DNA of 64,000 nucleotides from assembly GCA_036825195.1 (NCBI GenBank), contig DAISYQ010000004.1:73111-137110 (forward strand). Direction: 5' to 3'. Positions within the stretch are counted from its first letter, which is position 1. Every line of letters begins with the position of its first letter. The DNA comes from Syntrophales bacterium (GTDB lineage: Bacteria; Desulfobacterota; Syntrophia; Syntrophales; UBA2210). The notes beneath the pieces were generated by a model. That model did no database searches. It saw only the letters and a program-made list of their open reading frames with translations, and was not told the origin of the DNA. The position numbers were made by a program, and so were the translations under genes. This document shows positions 39,973 through 49,924 of this stretch, one piece after another.

Positions 39973-40779
39973 TTACCGACCCTTAAATATCGGTTCCCTT
40001 TTTTCACGCCACGCATTCATTGCCTCCTTCACATCCTCGGAAGTGGCAAGTATGGACTGGCAGGCACCGGCGAGCTCAAGACCAGCCAGTAGATCCATAT
40101 CGAGTCCCCGGTACATAACCATCTTGGCCAATTTGAGGGCACCGGCGGGGTTCTTGGCAAAGGCCTGTGCCATCCCGATGGATTCGGTCAGCAGAGCCGC
40201 AGCAGGAACTATTCGATTATACAGTCCTATCCGCTCGCCCTCTTCGGCCTCTACAAACCTTCCACTCAAGATTAGCTCGGCCGCTCTCCCAAGTCCCACC
40301 AATCGTGGCAACAGATAAAAGCCGGATTCGGCAGGAAGGAAACCGCGCTTGATCCATATAGAAGCTACCTTGGTATTTTCACAAGCAATGCGGATATCGC
40401 AGGCCAATGCGGTATCGCATCCCATACCCACGGCATAACCATTAAGGGCGGCTATAGTGGGAACCCGCAAGTTCTGCAAACCAATAACTACCTTTGGAAC
40501 CCAGCTCCGGTACCCATCCTGGAATATTTGGGCATCGTCAGAATTGGCAAACTTCATCTTTTGTCCGGGTTCGCCCTTGCCAAAATCCGCACCACAGCAG
40601 AAGGCCTTATCTCCTGCACCTGTAAGGATAAGACCTCGTATAGAGTGATCATTGCCCACCCTTTCAATAGTGGCAATAACCTCTTCCAACATCTGTTCAT
40701 TGATGGCATTGTATCGCTCAGGACGATTGAATGTTATTATTCCTATATTCTCCTTAACTTCAAACAGCAATGTATTCAT
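39973..40779 (-). CDS. Enoyl-CoA hydratase/isomerase (crotonase) family protein
   Basis: 268 aa. ..IGIITFNRPERYNAIN.. and LILTGAGDKAFCCGADF. Confidence 0.9.
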   Translation of the reverse strand: MNTLLFEVKENIGIITFNRPERYNAINEQMLEEVIATIERVGNDHSIRGLILTGAGDKAFCCGADFGKGEPGQKMKFANSDDAQIFQDGYRSWVPKVVIGLQNLRVPTIAALNGYAVGMGCDTALACDIRIACENTKVASIWIKRGFLPAESGFYLLPRLVGLGRAAELILSGRFVEAEEGERIGLYNRIVPAAALLTESIGMAQAFAKNPAGALKLAKMVMYRGLDMDLLAGLELAGACQSILATSEDVKEAMNAWREKREPIFKGR

Positions 40780-40803
40780 AATGATTTCTCCTGGTTCTCA
40801 TAT

Positions 40804-42465
40804 TTACTGTTTGGCTTCCTGTCTCATCATAGCCTCTAGTTCCTGCTGGAGCTCTTTTTTAGTCACCTTCTGGTGTCCCCTCATAGGTAACTCTTTGCGA
40901 ATTTCTAGACGTTCTGGAATCTTGTAGGGTGCGATCTTCTTAGAGTCAAAAAGCTCCTTCATCTCCTCAAAGCTAAATTCTGCACCCGGTTGAAGCGCGA
41001 CATATGCGCAGGCCTTTTCCCCCATAACTGGATCCGGCATCGGGATCACTGCCGCACTCACAACCTTGGGATGCATAAGCAGATAACCCTCTATCTCTGC
41101 TGGATAAACATTTTGGCCGCCCCTGATAATGACGTCTTTTTTCCGAGAAACGAGATAGATGTTACCGTCGGCATCGACCTTGCCTATATCGCCACTCTTG
41201 ATATATTTTCTTCCATCAATGGTATAGGTTGCATTTTCCGTAAAATCCGGCTCAAGATAATAACCGGCAGTTATGCCTGGACCAGTATATATGATTTCGC
41301 CAAGTTGATCGGTGGGGACTTCATTGCTGTCGTCGTCAACTATCTTAACCGTCATACCTTTCACCGGCTTGCCGACTGTATTGTAGCGGGCATACTCCGT
41401 AGTATCGACACTGGTTATGGATATGAGACCACCATCAAACTGACCGTAGAGATTGACAATGATACAGCCAAGTTTCTCTTCGATTTCTTTAGCCAGAGCA
41501 TGAGGCAGTGGAGCGGTAGAGGTATAGACACATCTCAACGATCGCAAATCGTATTTATCGAGTTCAGGAGCATTGGCAATCTTTGCCAGCTGAGCCGGCA
41601 CGGCCAACAAAACCGTTACCCTGTACTTCTCAAGCAATTCCAATGTTGACTCTACACTCCATCTTGATTGAACGATACTCGTAGTCCCATACAACGCATT
41701 TGAACCATTGTAACACACAATAGAGCTCAACCCCGCCACAGCGCTTATGATGTTGAGCACCATATCGTCTGCGGTAAGCTTTATTGCCTCCGCCTGGCGA
41801 TGGGCCATATATATCCGCTGAACCTGGGTATGTTCGGCTCCTTTGGGAAGACCGGTGGTACCGCTTGTGAATCCAATAACCGATACCTCGTCTGCCGTAA
41901 ATGCGGTGTCGGAAAAATCGATTGGTTGTTTTTTCTCAATGGGAGTATGCATCATGGCATTGATGGATAGTGTCCCCTCCGGAATCTGATCGCCAAGGAC
42001 CATAATGTGCTTAAGTTTTGGAAGCCGTGTCTTTATCTCGGCTACCGCATCATAGTAACCGAATTTACGGAACTCGATGGGGATGGCTATTGCCACCCCT
42101 TCGAATCTGGACAGCATCTGTTCAATCTCCCACTCCCTTAAAGTCATAAGGGCCGTGCCGCACAGAACGCCTGCCTTTTCGCATGCAACACGAAAGATAT
42201 AGGATTCCACGCAATTGGGTAATAGCATGAAGATAAAATCGTCCTTCTTAACTCCAAGTTTACGGATCTGGAATGCAAGCTGATCGGACAGTTTCTTTAC
42301 CTCAGACCAAGAAAGCTGTGACCCGTCAGGGCTTATATACGCCGCTTTTTCAGGATAAAGCCGAGCATTCTTATCCCATAAACTGGCAGTGGTATCTTTG
42401 GTCCAGAATCCGTTTGAATAATACTCGTCGAACATTTCTTTAGTGTATCTCGTTGGTTGTGACAT
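40804..42465 (-). CDS. AMP-forming acyl-CoA synthetase / aryl-acid CoA ligase family
   Basis: 553 aa. AMP-binding motif GFTSGTTGLPKGAEH, ..GDIGKVDADGNIYLVSRKKDVIIRGGQNVYPAEIE.. . Its stop is 24 nt upstream of the crotonase gene. Confidence 0.9.
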   Translation of the reverse strand: MSQPTRYTKEMFDEYYSNGFWTKDTTASLWDKNARLYPEKAAYISPDGSQLSWSEVKKLSDQLAFQIRKLGVKKDDFIFMLLPNCVESYIFRVACEKAGVLCGTALMTLREWEIEQMLSRFEGVAIAIPIEFRKFGYYDAVAEIKTRLPKLKHIMVLGDQIPEGTLSINAMMHTPIEKKQPIDFSDTAFTADEVSVIGFTSGTTGLPKGAEHTQVQRIYMAHRQAEAIKLTADDMVLNIISAVAGLSSIVCYNGSNALYGTTSIVQSRWSVESTLELLEKYRVTVLLAVPAQLAKIANAPELDKYDLRSLRCVYTSTAPLPHALAKEIEEKLGCIIVNLYGQFDGGLISITSVDTTEYARYNTVGKPVKGMTVKIVDDDSNEVPTDQLGEIIYTGPGITAGYYLEPDFTENATYTIDGRKYIKSGDIGKVDADGNIYLVSRKKDVIIRGGQNVYPAEIEGYLLMHPKVVSAAVIPMPDPVMGEKACAYVALQPGAEFSFEEMKELFDSKKIAPYKIPERLEIRKELPMRGHQKVTKKELQQELEAMMRQEAKQ

Positions 42466-43179
42466 AGTAACTGCTAAACCTCCATCTGTATTGTGTATAA
42501 TGCCTGCTGCTCAATCACCTCTCCTGTATGCAAGAGGGACCAGGCACGGCCGGACATTTCATGGTTGTGCCGGATGGTTATCAAGCATCATAGTATGAGC
42601 TCACGGTTATGTTGTCTATAAACAACTGGTTACGTGTTACACCGTCGATGCTTCCGACGATTCAATCCGCTATTGGGTAATCTTCCTTATGCAATACATA
42701 TGACAGAATCGGTATCCCGTGTTAATCCACTACAAGCGAAGGTTTCTGAACCTCCTGGGTGTGGTGCGAGATATATGGACCAACAGGCTATACAGTGATA
42801 TGACGTTCAACAAGTGGTCCCTCTTTATGCTGCTAGGTACAATGTTCTTCCGTACCGAGTGGTTGAAACTCATCACCACCGTGGTCGGTATACTGAGGAC
42901 GATCAGATGTACCGATTTAAAGGTCACGGTAGCGACCAAAAGAACCAAGCAAGAAGAGAAAAGTCGTGGCCCTTTTGAGAGCTGTTGTTTCACTCTATCG
43001 ATCGCCAACCCACCCTGCGATGGGGGACCGTATTGCTGAGATAACGTGACAGAAACCGACGACAGTAAGCCTTAGATGTGAATTGATCATTGGCCAGTTC
43101 TCCGGGATACAATTGATCCCAACGGATTATTCAGTTCTCCGCAATCTACTTGTCAAGCTTTTATACGCCGATCTCAATC

Positions 43180-44007
43180 TCAGAACACCCTGTCCACAGT
43201 ATCCTTTATCTCGCCATAATAAAGAACAGGTCCATCTAAGCACACCCGCTTGTGGCCGATCATACAGTGCCCGCAAACTCCCATGCCGCATTGCATACGG
43301 CGTTCCATTGAAAGAATTATCTGGCTGACTCCAAAGCCCTTATTCATGAGCTCTTGCGATACAAACTTCATCATTATACCCGGACCACAAATAACAACTA
43401 TGGCATTACCAGCACTGATCTCAGTCTTATTGAAAAGTTCGGTAACCAATCCTACATTTCCCTGCCAATCTTGATCAGGTCTATCGACTGTAAAAAGAGC
43501 CTCCATCCCCCTTTTGTCTGTCTGAACCTTATTAAAAACAAAAGAGTCTTTATAAATCATATCATCGGGTGTGCGGGCTCCATGCAATAATTTCAATTTA
43601 CCGTACTGGTCTCTTCTTTTCATGAGGGCATCAATCAATGACCACACCGCAGCAAGCCCAATACCACCGGTCACAATATAGATATCTTTACCTTTCATTA
43701 TCTCCAAGGGATAGCCATTCCCAAATGGACCCCTAATACCGATAGTTGAGCCAATCTCTAGATCTTTGACTCCATTGGTCGCCCTGCCTTTTTCTTGAAT
43801 GGTTGTTTGAAAACTACCATTCGATCCGAGAACAGATGCGACACTCACTGGAAATTCGCCATATCCGAACAAGGTAACTTCGACAAATTGTCCTGGTTTT
43901 GCGTCAAAAAATCGATTTTCCATTGATATGGTAAGAGTCCTGATATCAGATGTTTCATCTTTGATACCTTTAATTTTAGCCAGTTCTGGAATAAACGTAT
44001 TCCTCAT
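43180..44007 (-). CDS. FAD/NAD(P)-binding ferredoxin-reductase-type subunit with C-terminal [2Fe-2S] motif (AsrB / PyrK / sulfhydrogenase gamma-like)
   Basis: The start is taken at the ATG at 44007 (AGGAGGGG upstream) inside ORF 43180..44076. GQFVEV.., GPFGNG, VTGGIGLAA, and the C-terminal CGMGVCGHCMIG. Confidence 0.8.
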   Translation of the reverse strand: MRNTFIPELAKIKGIKDETSDIRTLTISMENRFFDAKPGQFVEVTLFGYGEFPVSVASVLGSNGSFQTTIQEKGRATNGVKDLEIGSTIGIRGPFGNGYPLEIMKGKDIYIVTGGIGLAAVWSLIDALMKRRDQYGKLKLLHGARTPDDMIYKDSFVFNKVQTDKRGMEALFTVDRPDQDWQGNVGLVTELFNKTEISAGNAIVVICGPGIMMKFVSQELMNKGFGVSQIILSMERRMQCGMGVCGHCMIGHKRVCLDGPVLYYGEIKDTVDRVF

Positions 44008-44009
44008 TC

Positions 44010-45065
44010 CTACCCCTCCTGTATTTTCTTTGCAGCGTCTCGGATGCTCATGTGTCCGGGACAGAAATCCCGACATCGGCCGCAGCCCACACAGAAGGCC
44101 GTTCCATATCTGGTTGCATCGTAATAAAATTTGTCTAGTACCCGATGTCTGAATCTGTCTTTAACATCCGGTCTGACATTTACATTGCCGGCCATCGTTG
44201 CAAATTTCTCATAATGACAGGAATCCCAGGTCAGGTTCCGGCTCCCCTTGGTGCGCTCCGGATTTACCCTTTCTACGACACTGAAACAGTGGCAGGTAGG
44301 ACAAACCATATTGCAGGCTCCACAAGTAAAGCATTGGTTTGTAAATTCAGACAAAAGTGTATCGAGGTCACAATCCGATATATTCTGCGCAATCTTCTCT
44401 ATATCAAGTTTCTCTGGGAGGGCGTTATTCACCATCTCAATTTGATTATCTCGTTTTTCCTTGTCCTTTCTGCTCGCTTTTTTGAAGTAATCGGAGCTGA
44501 GCAATTTCTCACCAATATCGGTCCCCGCCCTCACAAAATAGTATTCACCGATATCGGTAAAAAGGAGATCATACCCAATCTCGATATCAGGACCTGCTCC
44601 GGATGTGCTGCAGAAACAGGTCTGATGGGGCTCATTACAGGTTATACCAATAATGATACAGTTCTCTCTCTTGTTACGGTATCTTTTATCGTCGAAATCT
44701 TCCTCAAGAAGCACCTTATCGATCCGAAGTAGTGCTGAAATATCACATGGATGCATTCCAAAGAAAACCCTTTTCTCCCTCCATTCATCACCAACATCCT
44801 CAACTGTTATATTGCCATCCGAATCTTTTTCAAATTTATACAGCACTTGGTTATTGGGGAAAAAAATATTCTTAGGAGAAACCATCGTGGTTGTGTAATC
44901 CAGCATCAATTCTTCAAATTTATTGATAGGTGCGAAGGTTGTATAGCTGTATTGTGCAGTTCCCCCTCCCTTCAACGTTGGGCCAATAATTTCATATTCT
45001 TCCTTCAAGTCATTAAAGAACTTTTCCAGATCTCTCTTATCTATTAATTTCTCCATGGCAATCAT
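44010..45065 (-). CDS. Multi-[4Fe-4S] electron-transfer subunit (AsrA / sulfhydrogenase beta-like)
   Basis: The start is taken at the ATG at 45065 (ATGA overlap with the upstream stop). Cys clusters are CNEPHQTCFCS, CFTCGACNMVCPTCHC and CVGCGRCRDFCP. Confidence 0.75.
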   Translation of the reverse strand: MIAMEKLIDKRDLEKFFNDLKEEYEIIGPTLKGGGTAQYSYTTFAPINKFEELMLDYTTTMVSPKNIFFPNNQVLYKFEKDSDGNITVEDVGDEWREKRVFFGMHPCDISALLRIDKVLLEEDFDDKRYRNKRENCIIIGITCNEPHQTCFCSTSGAGPDIEIGYDLLFTDIGEYYFVRAGTDIGEKLLSSDYFKKASRKDKEKRDNQIEMVNNALPEKLDIEKIAQNISDCDLDTLLSEFTNQCFTCGACNMVCPTCHCFSVVERVNPERTKGSRNLTWDSCHYEKFATMAGNVNVRPDVKDRFRHRVLDKFYYDATRYGTAFCVGCGRCRDFCPGHMSIRDAAKKIQEG

Positions 45066-47200
45066 TTCTCTTTCTTCGCTTTGTAGATCCGACAGGCATA
45101 TCCTCTTATCGTGCACGAACCCGTATCATCATCCCATGGCTTACGGTAATCGGTTACCAGATTCTGGTTTGCATCAGGGTACACCCAGTCTCCCCAACCG
45201 AACTCCACATTAACAACTTTGGGATGTGTGCCTTCTTGGAGTCTGGCTTGCTGTTTCATCCTGCCACGGTATGTTTCGATCCAGATCCAGTCGCCATCCT
45301 CGATGCCGTATTCCTTTGCAGTATCAGGATTTAGATATGTGGTTGGCGGCAATGATTTATTCATTAAACGATCGACACACCTGTATCCTGAAAGCATCAT
45401 GATTTCACTTTTATAGTCTGTCATAATCAGAGGGTATTCCTCTGTCATGTTAAAAAGTCCCTTCAGAGGCGCTTTTACCTCCTTAAATCGCGGCACAGGA
45501 TCAGCACCATATTTTTTCAGTGTATCACAGCGCAGTTCTACCTTCCCGGAAGGCGTACCATACCCTACCACCTTTTCTGGGTCGTATTTCCATTTCCCGG
45601 AGACATGATGTACTTCGTCGCGGAATTTCTTCCAGGTAAGCCCAAGAGGTTCACAGACGTAATCCAGAATCTGCTCCTCATTGTCCCAGAAATAGTCATT
45701 TAACCCGACTCTTTTGGCCAATTCATTAATAAACTTCATGTCAGACCACGCCTCGCCAGGCGGATCAACTAATTTGGGATTTGCTCGAATCCCACCATGC
45801 CATGCCGGCCAGTATCCCACCGTCTCGTGTTCGTGCATGTTTGCTGCAGGTAAAACAATATCCGCAATATTTGTAGTGGCCGTTGGAAAGAGTTCCGAAA
45901 AAACCAAAAGCTCAAATTTTTTGAATGCCTCTGCCGTAGCCCGCGAATCAGGATACGTAATAAGTGGATTGTTGACATATCCAATCCCAACTTTGGGTAA
46001 ATATGGGTCCTCTTCTAATAAAGCCCTCACCAACGCCTGAGTTGGGACATACCCGAAACGTGCTGCCATTCCGGTTTCAAACCCGCCTATAGTTCGTTCA
46101 GGGCTTCGAGGATACTTGCGCAAAACGTCTTTCATATCACCGATCATGAATGAACCCGTGCGCCTGTATTTTGCACATTCAATCTCACAAAAACCTGCTG
46201 TGGGTGTATTGACGTTTGCCGTAAGGCCTCGGATAACATTGATGGCCCGCAATGTCTGAAATGATGCCACACTACCTTCCAATGCATTACCCGTAGCAAT
46301 AACACTGGGCGGATTCGCTGCAATAACTCGCGCCACCTCGATAATCTGCTCTTTGGGCACCCATGTCAGATCAGCAACCTCATCCAGGGTAAATGTTTTA
46401 CATTCTTCAACAATATCATCAAATCCAATTGTCCATTCTTCTATATATTTCTTGTCATACAGGCCTTCTTCGATAATAACTTTATTCAGTCCCATCGCCA
46501 AGACACCATCACTGTTTGGTCGCGGCTTGAGCCAATAATCACAGTCCGAGGCATGCATAGCTTTTTCCGGCCATAACTCTATATTTTTCGGATCGATGAT
46601 GATCACCTTCATGCCATTCGTTATACAGCGATTCATATCGTACCGGCCAATCATGTTAAAGGTCCCTCCACAATGAGCCGGATTTGCACCCCAAATGACC
46701 ATTGATCTGGGCTCGCCTTCCATCCTAGATTGTATATAGCGGGACCCAAACGTAAAACTACATGATTCAGTACACTGCACACCGCAGTAATTACCTGGCG
46801 TAACGGTATTGGGGGAACCAAAGGCCGAAGCGAATCTCTGCCCCATTGCGAATTCCATACCCTTCGGTTCACCAAGAATCATTACCAACCTTTCAGGACC
46901 ATACTTTTCTTTTACCTCAAGCAGTTTGTCGGCTATCTCGTCCAAGGCGTCATCCCAAGTAATCTCTTTCCATCGACCTGAACCTTTTTCCCCTACTCGC
47001 CTGAGCGGTTTTGTCAGTCGGTCCGTGCTTTCGATCGTTCCTATCAAATGATCCGCTCCCTTCTGAACCGAACAAATATGAACAGGATAGCCCGCAGCAC
47101 CTTTGATATCGATTACCTTTCCATCTTCAATGGTAACATTAAAATAGCAGTGATTCGGGCAAATATGACAAGAGGTAATTTTTTCTTCTCGTGTAGCCAT
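45062..47200 (-). CDS. Cytoplasmic molybdopterin (Mo/W-bisPGD) oxidoreductase catalytic subunit, substrate unknown
   Basis: 712 aa. N-terminal FS0 motif CHICPNHC...C with no Tat/Sec signal. The family-typical layout runs through the C-terminal ..GDWIWIETYRGRM.. barrel domain. NYCGVQC is a possible metal-ligand region. Confidence 0.85.
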   Translation of the reverse strand: MATREEKITSCHICPNHCYFNVTIEDGKVIDIKGAAGYPVHICSVQKGADHLIGTIESTDRLTKPLRRVGEKGSGRWKEITWDDALDEIADKLLEVKEKYGPERLVMILGEPKGMEFAMGQRFASAFGSPNTVTPGNYCGVQCTESCSFTFGSRYIQSRMEGEPRSMVIWGANPAHCGGTFNMIGRYDMNRCITNGMKVIIIDPKNIELWPEKAMHASDCDYWLKPRPNSDGVLAMGLNKVIIEEGLYDKKYIEEWTIGFDDIVEECKTFTLDEVADLTWVPKEQIIEVARVIAANPPSVIATGNALEGSVASFQTLRAINVIRGLTANVNTPTAGFCEIECAKYRRTGSFMIGDMKDVLRKYPRSPERTIGGFETGMAARFGYVPTQALVRALLEEDPYLPKVGIGYVNNPLITYPDSRATAEAFKKFELLVFSELFPTATTNIADIVLPAANMHEHETVGYWPAWHGGIRANPKLVDPPGEAWSDMKFINELAKRVGLNDYFWDNEEQILDYVCEPLGLTWKKFRDEVHHVSGKWKYDPEKVVGYGTPSGKVELRCDTLKKYGADPVPRFKEVKAPLKGLFNMTEEYPLIMTDYKSEIMMLSGYRCVDRLMNKSLPPTTYLNPDTAKEYGIEDGDWIWIETYRGRMKQQARLQEGTHPKVVNVEFGWGDWVYPDANQNLVTDYRKPWDDDTGSCTIRGYACRIYKAKKEK

Positions 47201-47242
47201 GCAGTTATCCCCTTATAAAGATTTTATTGTACAGGTTATGGT

Positions 47243-47255
47243 CGATTGCCAATCG
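47243..47255. promoter_or_regulatory. Perfect 6-1-6 palindrome CGATTG-C-CAATCG upstream of the Mo/W operon (candidate operator)
   Basis: Seen directly in the sequence. It lies 43-55 nt upstream of the ATG at 47200, and a TetR gene is the upstream neighbour. Confidence 0.3.
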
Positions 47256-47640
47256 TATCCCATTCATGAGCGTGTACTCGAACTACCTGATATCCTTTTG
47301 AAACTGAGAAAATTAAATAGCACAAACAATAGTCCATACAATCGGTTGCTTTTTGCTCCATGGAATCATTCGGGAACCAAAACTCCGGAAAGGAGGATAC
47401 GATGAATCAGTTTCGTAAGACATCCAAGTTTTCTGGTCTCGCGCAGATGGATGAAAATCTCAACTGATTGTGTTTGTACTGATTTCTTTATCCATAACGA
47501 TAAGTGAACCAGACAACACCGAGAACCTCTATCTCCCTAACCTCAAGAAATATATTATTTTTCAACAATCTATCTCACGAGGAGCATATTGTGAAACATA
47601 CAATCTTATATCTATAAAGGCATCGTAAAGCGGCCGTTTC

Positions 47641-48243
47641 TCAGGCCACCCCTTTCATAATGAAATCGGTCAGCGTATCAACTATCTCATCTCCCTCGTA
47701 TTGCTTCATATTCCATCCTCTCAAGGCAAGCATGGCGACCAAATATACAATAATGTTGGCAACAATCTCTGTATTCTCAATATGCAAAGCACCTTCCTGA
47801 ACTCCCTGATCAAGGAGCTTTTTGATCTTGTCGACCTTCTCGCTTTCCTGTGCAAGAAGCGATTTCCGTTCTGGCTTTTCGAGCAACCAGGTTTGTCTGT
47901 AGGTTAAGAGGATCTCATCTTTGAATTCCAGAGATTGTCCGAGAAAAGCTCTAATGGTCGATCGAAATTCATCCAAACCCCTCCATTCCATTTTTTCAGT
48001 TTCATAGAGGGCTCTATAGACTCCCTTTATCATATAGTCGTGCACCAGGTAGAGTAAATCGTCCTTTTTCCCTATATAATCATAAAGATTGCCAATTGTT
48101 ACACCAGTTGCACGGGAAATTTCCCGCATACTGGTTCGATCAAACCCCTGTTTAAAAAAAAGCTTTCCGACTTCTTTTACGATCTGTCGTCTTTTTTCAA
48201 GAACCAATGCCTCATTTTTTATTGTTGTTTTTATTGTTCCCAT
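47641..48243 (-). CDS. TetR family transcriptional regulator
   Basis: 200 aa with the HTH SMREISRATGVTIGNLYDYIGKKDDLL. Confidence 0.85.
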   Translation of the reverse strand: MGTIKTTIKNEALVLEKRRQIVKEVGKLFFKQGFDRTSMREISRATGVTIGNLYDYIGKKDDLLYLVHDYMIKGVYRALYETEKMEWRGLDEFRSTIRAFLGQSLEFKDEILLTYRQTWLLEKPERKSLLAQESEKVDKIKKLLDQGVQEGALHIENTEIVANIIVYLVAMLALRGWNMKQYEGDEIVDTLTDFIMKGVA

Positions 48244-48669
48244 CTGTACCTCGCTTCTCTATGTTAAAGGTCCCGTTTCGCCGAGTATCTTTATTTATTG
48301 TTTGTGAAATAACTATCAAAATTACCTATGAAACACTGCCTTTCTGGTACATTCACCGGCTGTGGTTCACATCTACCACCCAACTTACAATCGTTCCCGA
48401 CTCCGATCTAACACTACCCCCACCAAAAAATTATAGTACTATTACTATCGATACCATTAAAGCAGCAAGGGATCTGGGAACCATATCAACTTGCTTTTAA
48501 GGTCGCATCAAAACGGTGTAGTATCAAGAAAGGACCGGCCTTAACTCCCTGGATTACAACAACCCTTAATGATATCCTGTGTGCAACACCAGCGTACTGT
48601 ACCCTCTTTGAAACGATTGAAAAAGATCATTGCGGTCTTTGCCTGCACATCTCGTGATGTCTCCTCAGA

Positions 48670-49839
48670 TTACCAGGCAGCCTCAAATATTTTGGCCAAA
48701 TCGCTCTTCTCAGCATTTCGCACATTGACATCAATAACATGAGGTTGGAATTCCAAAACATTCTCAACAAAATCGGGAATATCCTCTCGTCTTATCCCAA
48801 CGTCTCGCATCCTTTGGGGCATACCGACATCCTTGGATAATTGTACCACGGCATCGATCGCCTTTTGCGCTTTGGCATTCAATGATAACCCCTCTATCTT
48901 CTCTCCCATTAATTCAGCTATTACAGCAAATTTATCCCGACTTGCAGGCAGATTAAACTCCATTACATAAGGCATCATTATGGAACAGGATGCACCATGT
49001 GATATGTGTGACATCATTTGGAGAGGGTAAGCCATAGCATGAGATAACCCGAGTCCGCTGAAGATGAAGCTAAATGCCAATGATGCAGCTACAGCCATGT
49101 TGTATCGTGCTTCCATATTCTTTTTACCTTGACCATAGGCAAAACGAAGATTATCGGAAACAAGCCTGATGGCCTTCTCTGCAAACATATCTGAAACAAT
49201 ATTTGCCTTCCATGATGTATATCCTTCTATGCCATGGATAAGGGCATCCATGCCGGTTTCAGCAGTTATCCGGGGAGGGAGGTCGGCAGTGAATGACGGA
49301 TCGACAATAACTGCCAACGGACGGAGGGAATAGCTATATATGGAACGCTTAATACCGATCGAATCGTCAGTTACGATCGCAACCCAAGTCCATTCCGATC
49401 CTGTTCCAGATGTAGTGGGGATCAGTATAGTGGGAACTGCCGTCCAATTGACCTTATATTGCCCCAAACAATCTTGGAGAGCATGACCTTGCCCTGCAGC
49501 AATTACACTAACTGCCTTGGCAGTATCGAGAACGCTGCCACCGCCGAATGCAACTAGCAAATCGTACTCACCTTCTCCAAACATCCTGTTGCACTTTTCC
49601 ACCGTACTAAAGGGAGCATCGGGTTTGCAACCGTCAAATATGCCAAACTGAAGGCCTTCTCTTTTGAGTGGGGCTACAAGCGCTTCAACCAGAGACGTTT
49701 TCGATAGATATTCATCTGTAACAATAAGTGGTTTTCTGGCATGGACCTCTGAAATTATTGGCCCTAACTCTTCTCCAGCACCAATCCCCATCAAGGTTCG
49801 AGGTATCGAAAAACTAAAGCTACGCAAAGTAGTTGTCAT
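48670..49839 (-). CDS. Iron-containing (group III) alcohol dehydrogenase
   Basis: The start is taken at the ATG at 49839 (AAGGAG upstream). Has the AFGGGSVLDTAKAV motif and His-rich metal-site regions. Confidence 0.9.
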   Translation of the reverse strand: MTTTLRSFSFSIPRTLMGIGAGEELGPIISEVHARKPLIVTDEYLSKTSLVEALVAPLKREGLQFGIFDGCKPDAPFSTVEKCNRMFGEGEYDLLVAFGGGSVLDTAKAVSVIAAGQGHALQDCLGQYKVNWTAVPTILIPTTSGTGSEWTWVAIVTDDSIGIKRSIYSYSLRPLAVIVDPSFTADLPPRITAETGMDALIHGIEGYTSWKANIVSDMFAEKAIRLVSDNLRFAYGQGKKNMEARYNMAVAASLAFSFIFSGLGLSHAMAYPLQMMSHISHGASCSIMMPYVMEFNLPASRDKFAVIAELMGEKIEGLSLNAKAQKAIDAVVQLSKDVGMPQRMRDVGIRREDIPDFVENVLEFQPHVIDVNVRNAEKSDLAKIFEAAW

Positions 49840-49924
49840 TGTTTCTCCTTTCAAAATCATTTACTTGAAATACAGATTCTTTGTTATACGATTTAGTGTC
49901 TCCGGTTCTTTCTCTCTGAACAAA

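Noticed and set aside
42530-42560. Sigma-54-like sequence upstream of the CoA-ligase gene (minus strand CTGGTCCCTCTTGCAT)
   Set aside because: The GG to GC spacing is 8 nt instead of 10, so it does not fit the -24/-12 geometry.
42466-43179. 714-bp gene-free gap containing a GGDEF pentapeptide (..YTDHGGDEFQPLG..) in a minus-strand frame, and two overlapping ~100-aa ORFs (42719..43039 plus strand, 42730..43008 minus strand)
   Set aside because: The GGDEF-containing frame is interrupted by stops within about 20 codons on both sides, and the flanking residues do not resemble a diguanylate-cyclase domain. It could be a badly decayed remnant or chance. The two ORFs have no RBS or recognisable features. 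A translated homology search of the gap would settle it.
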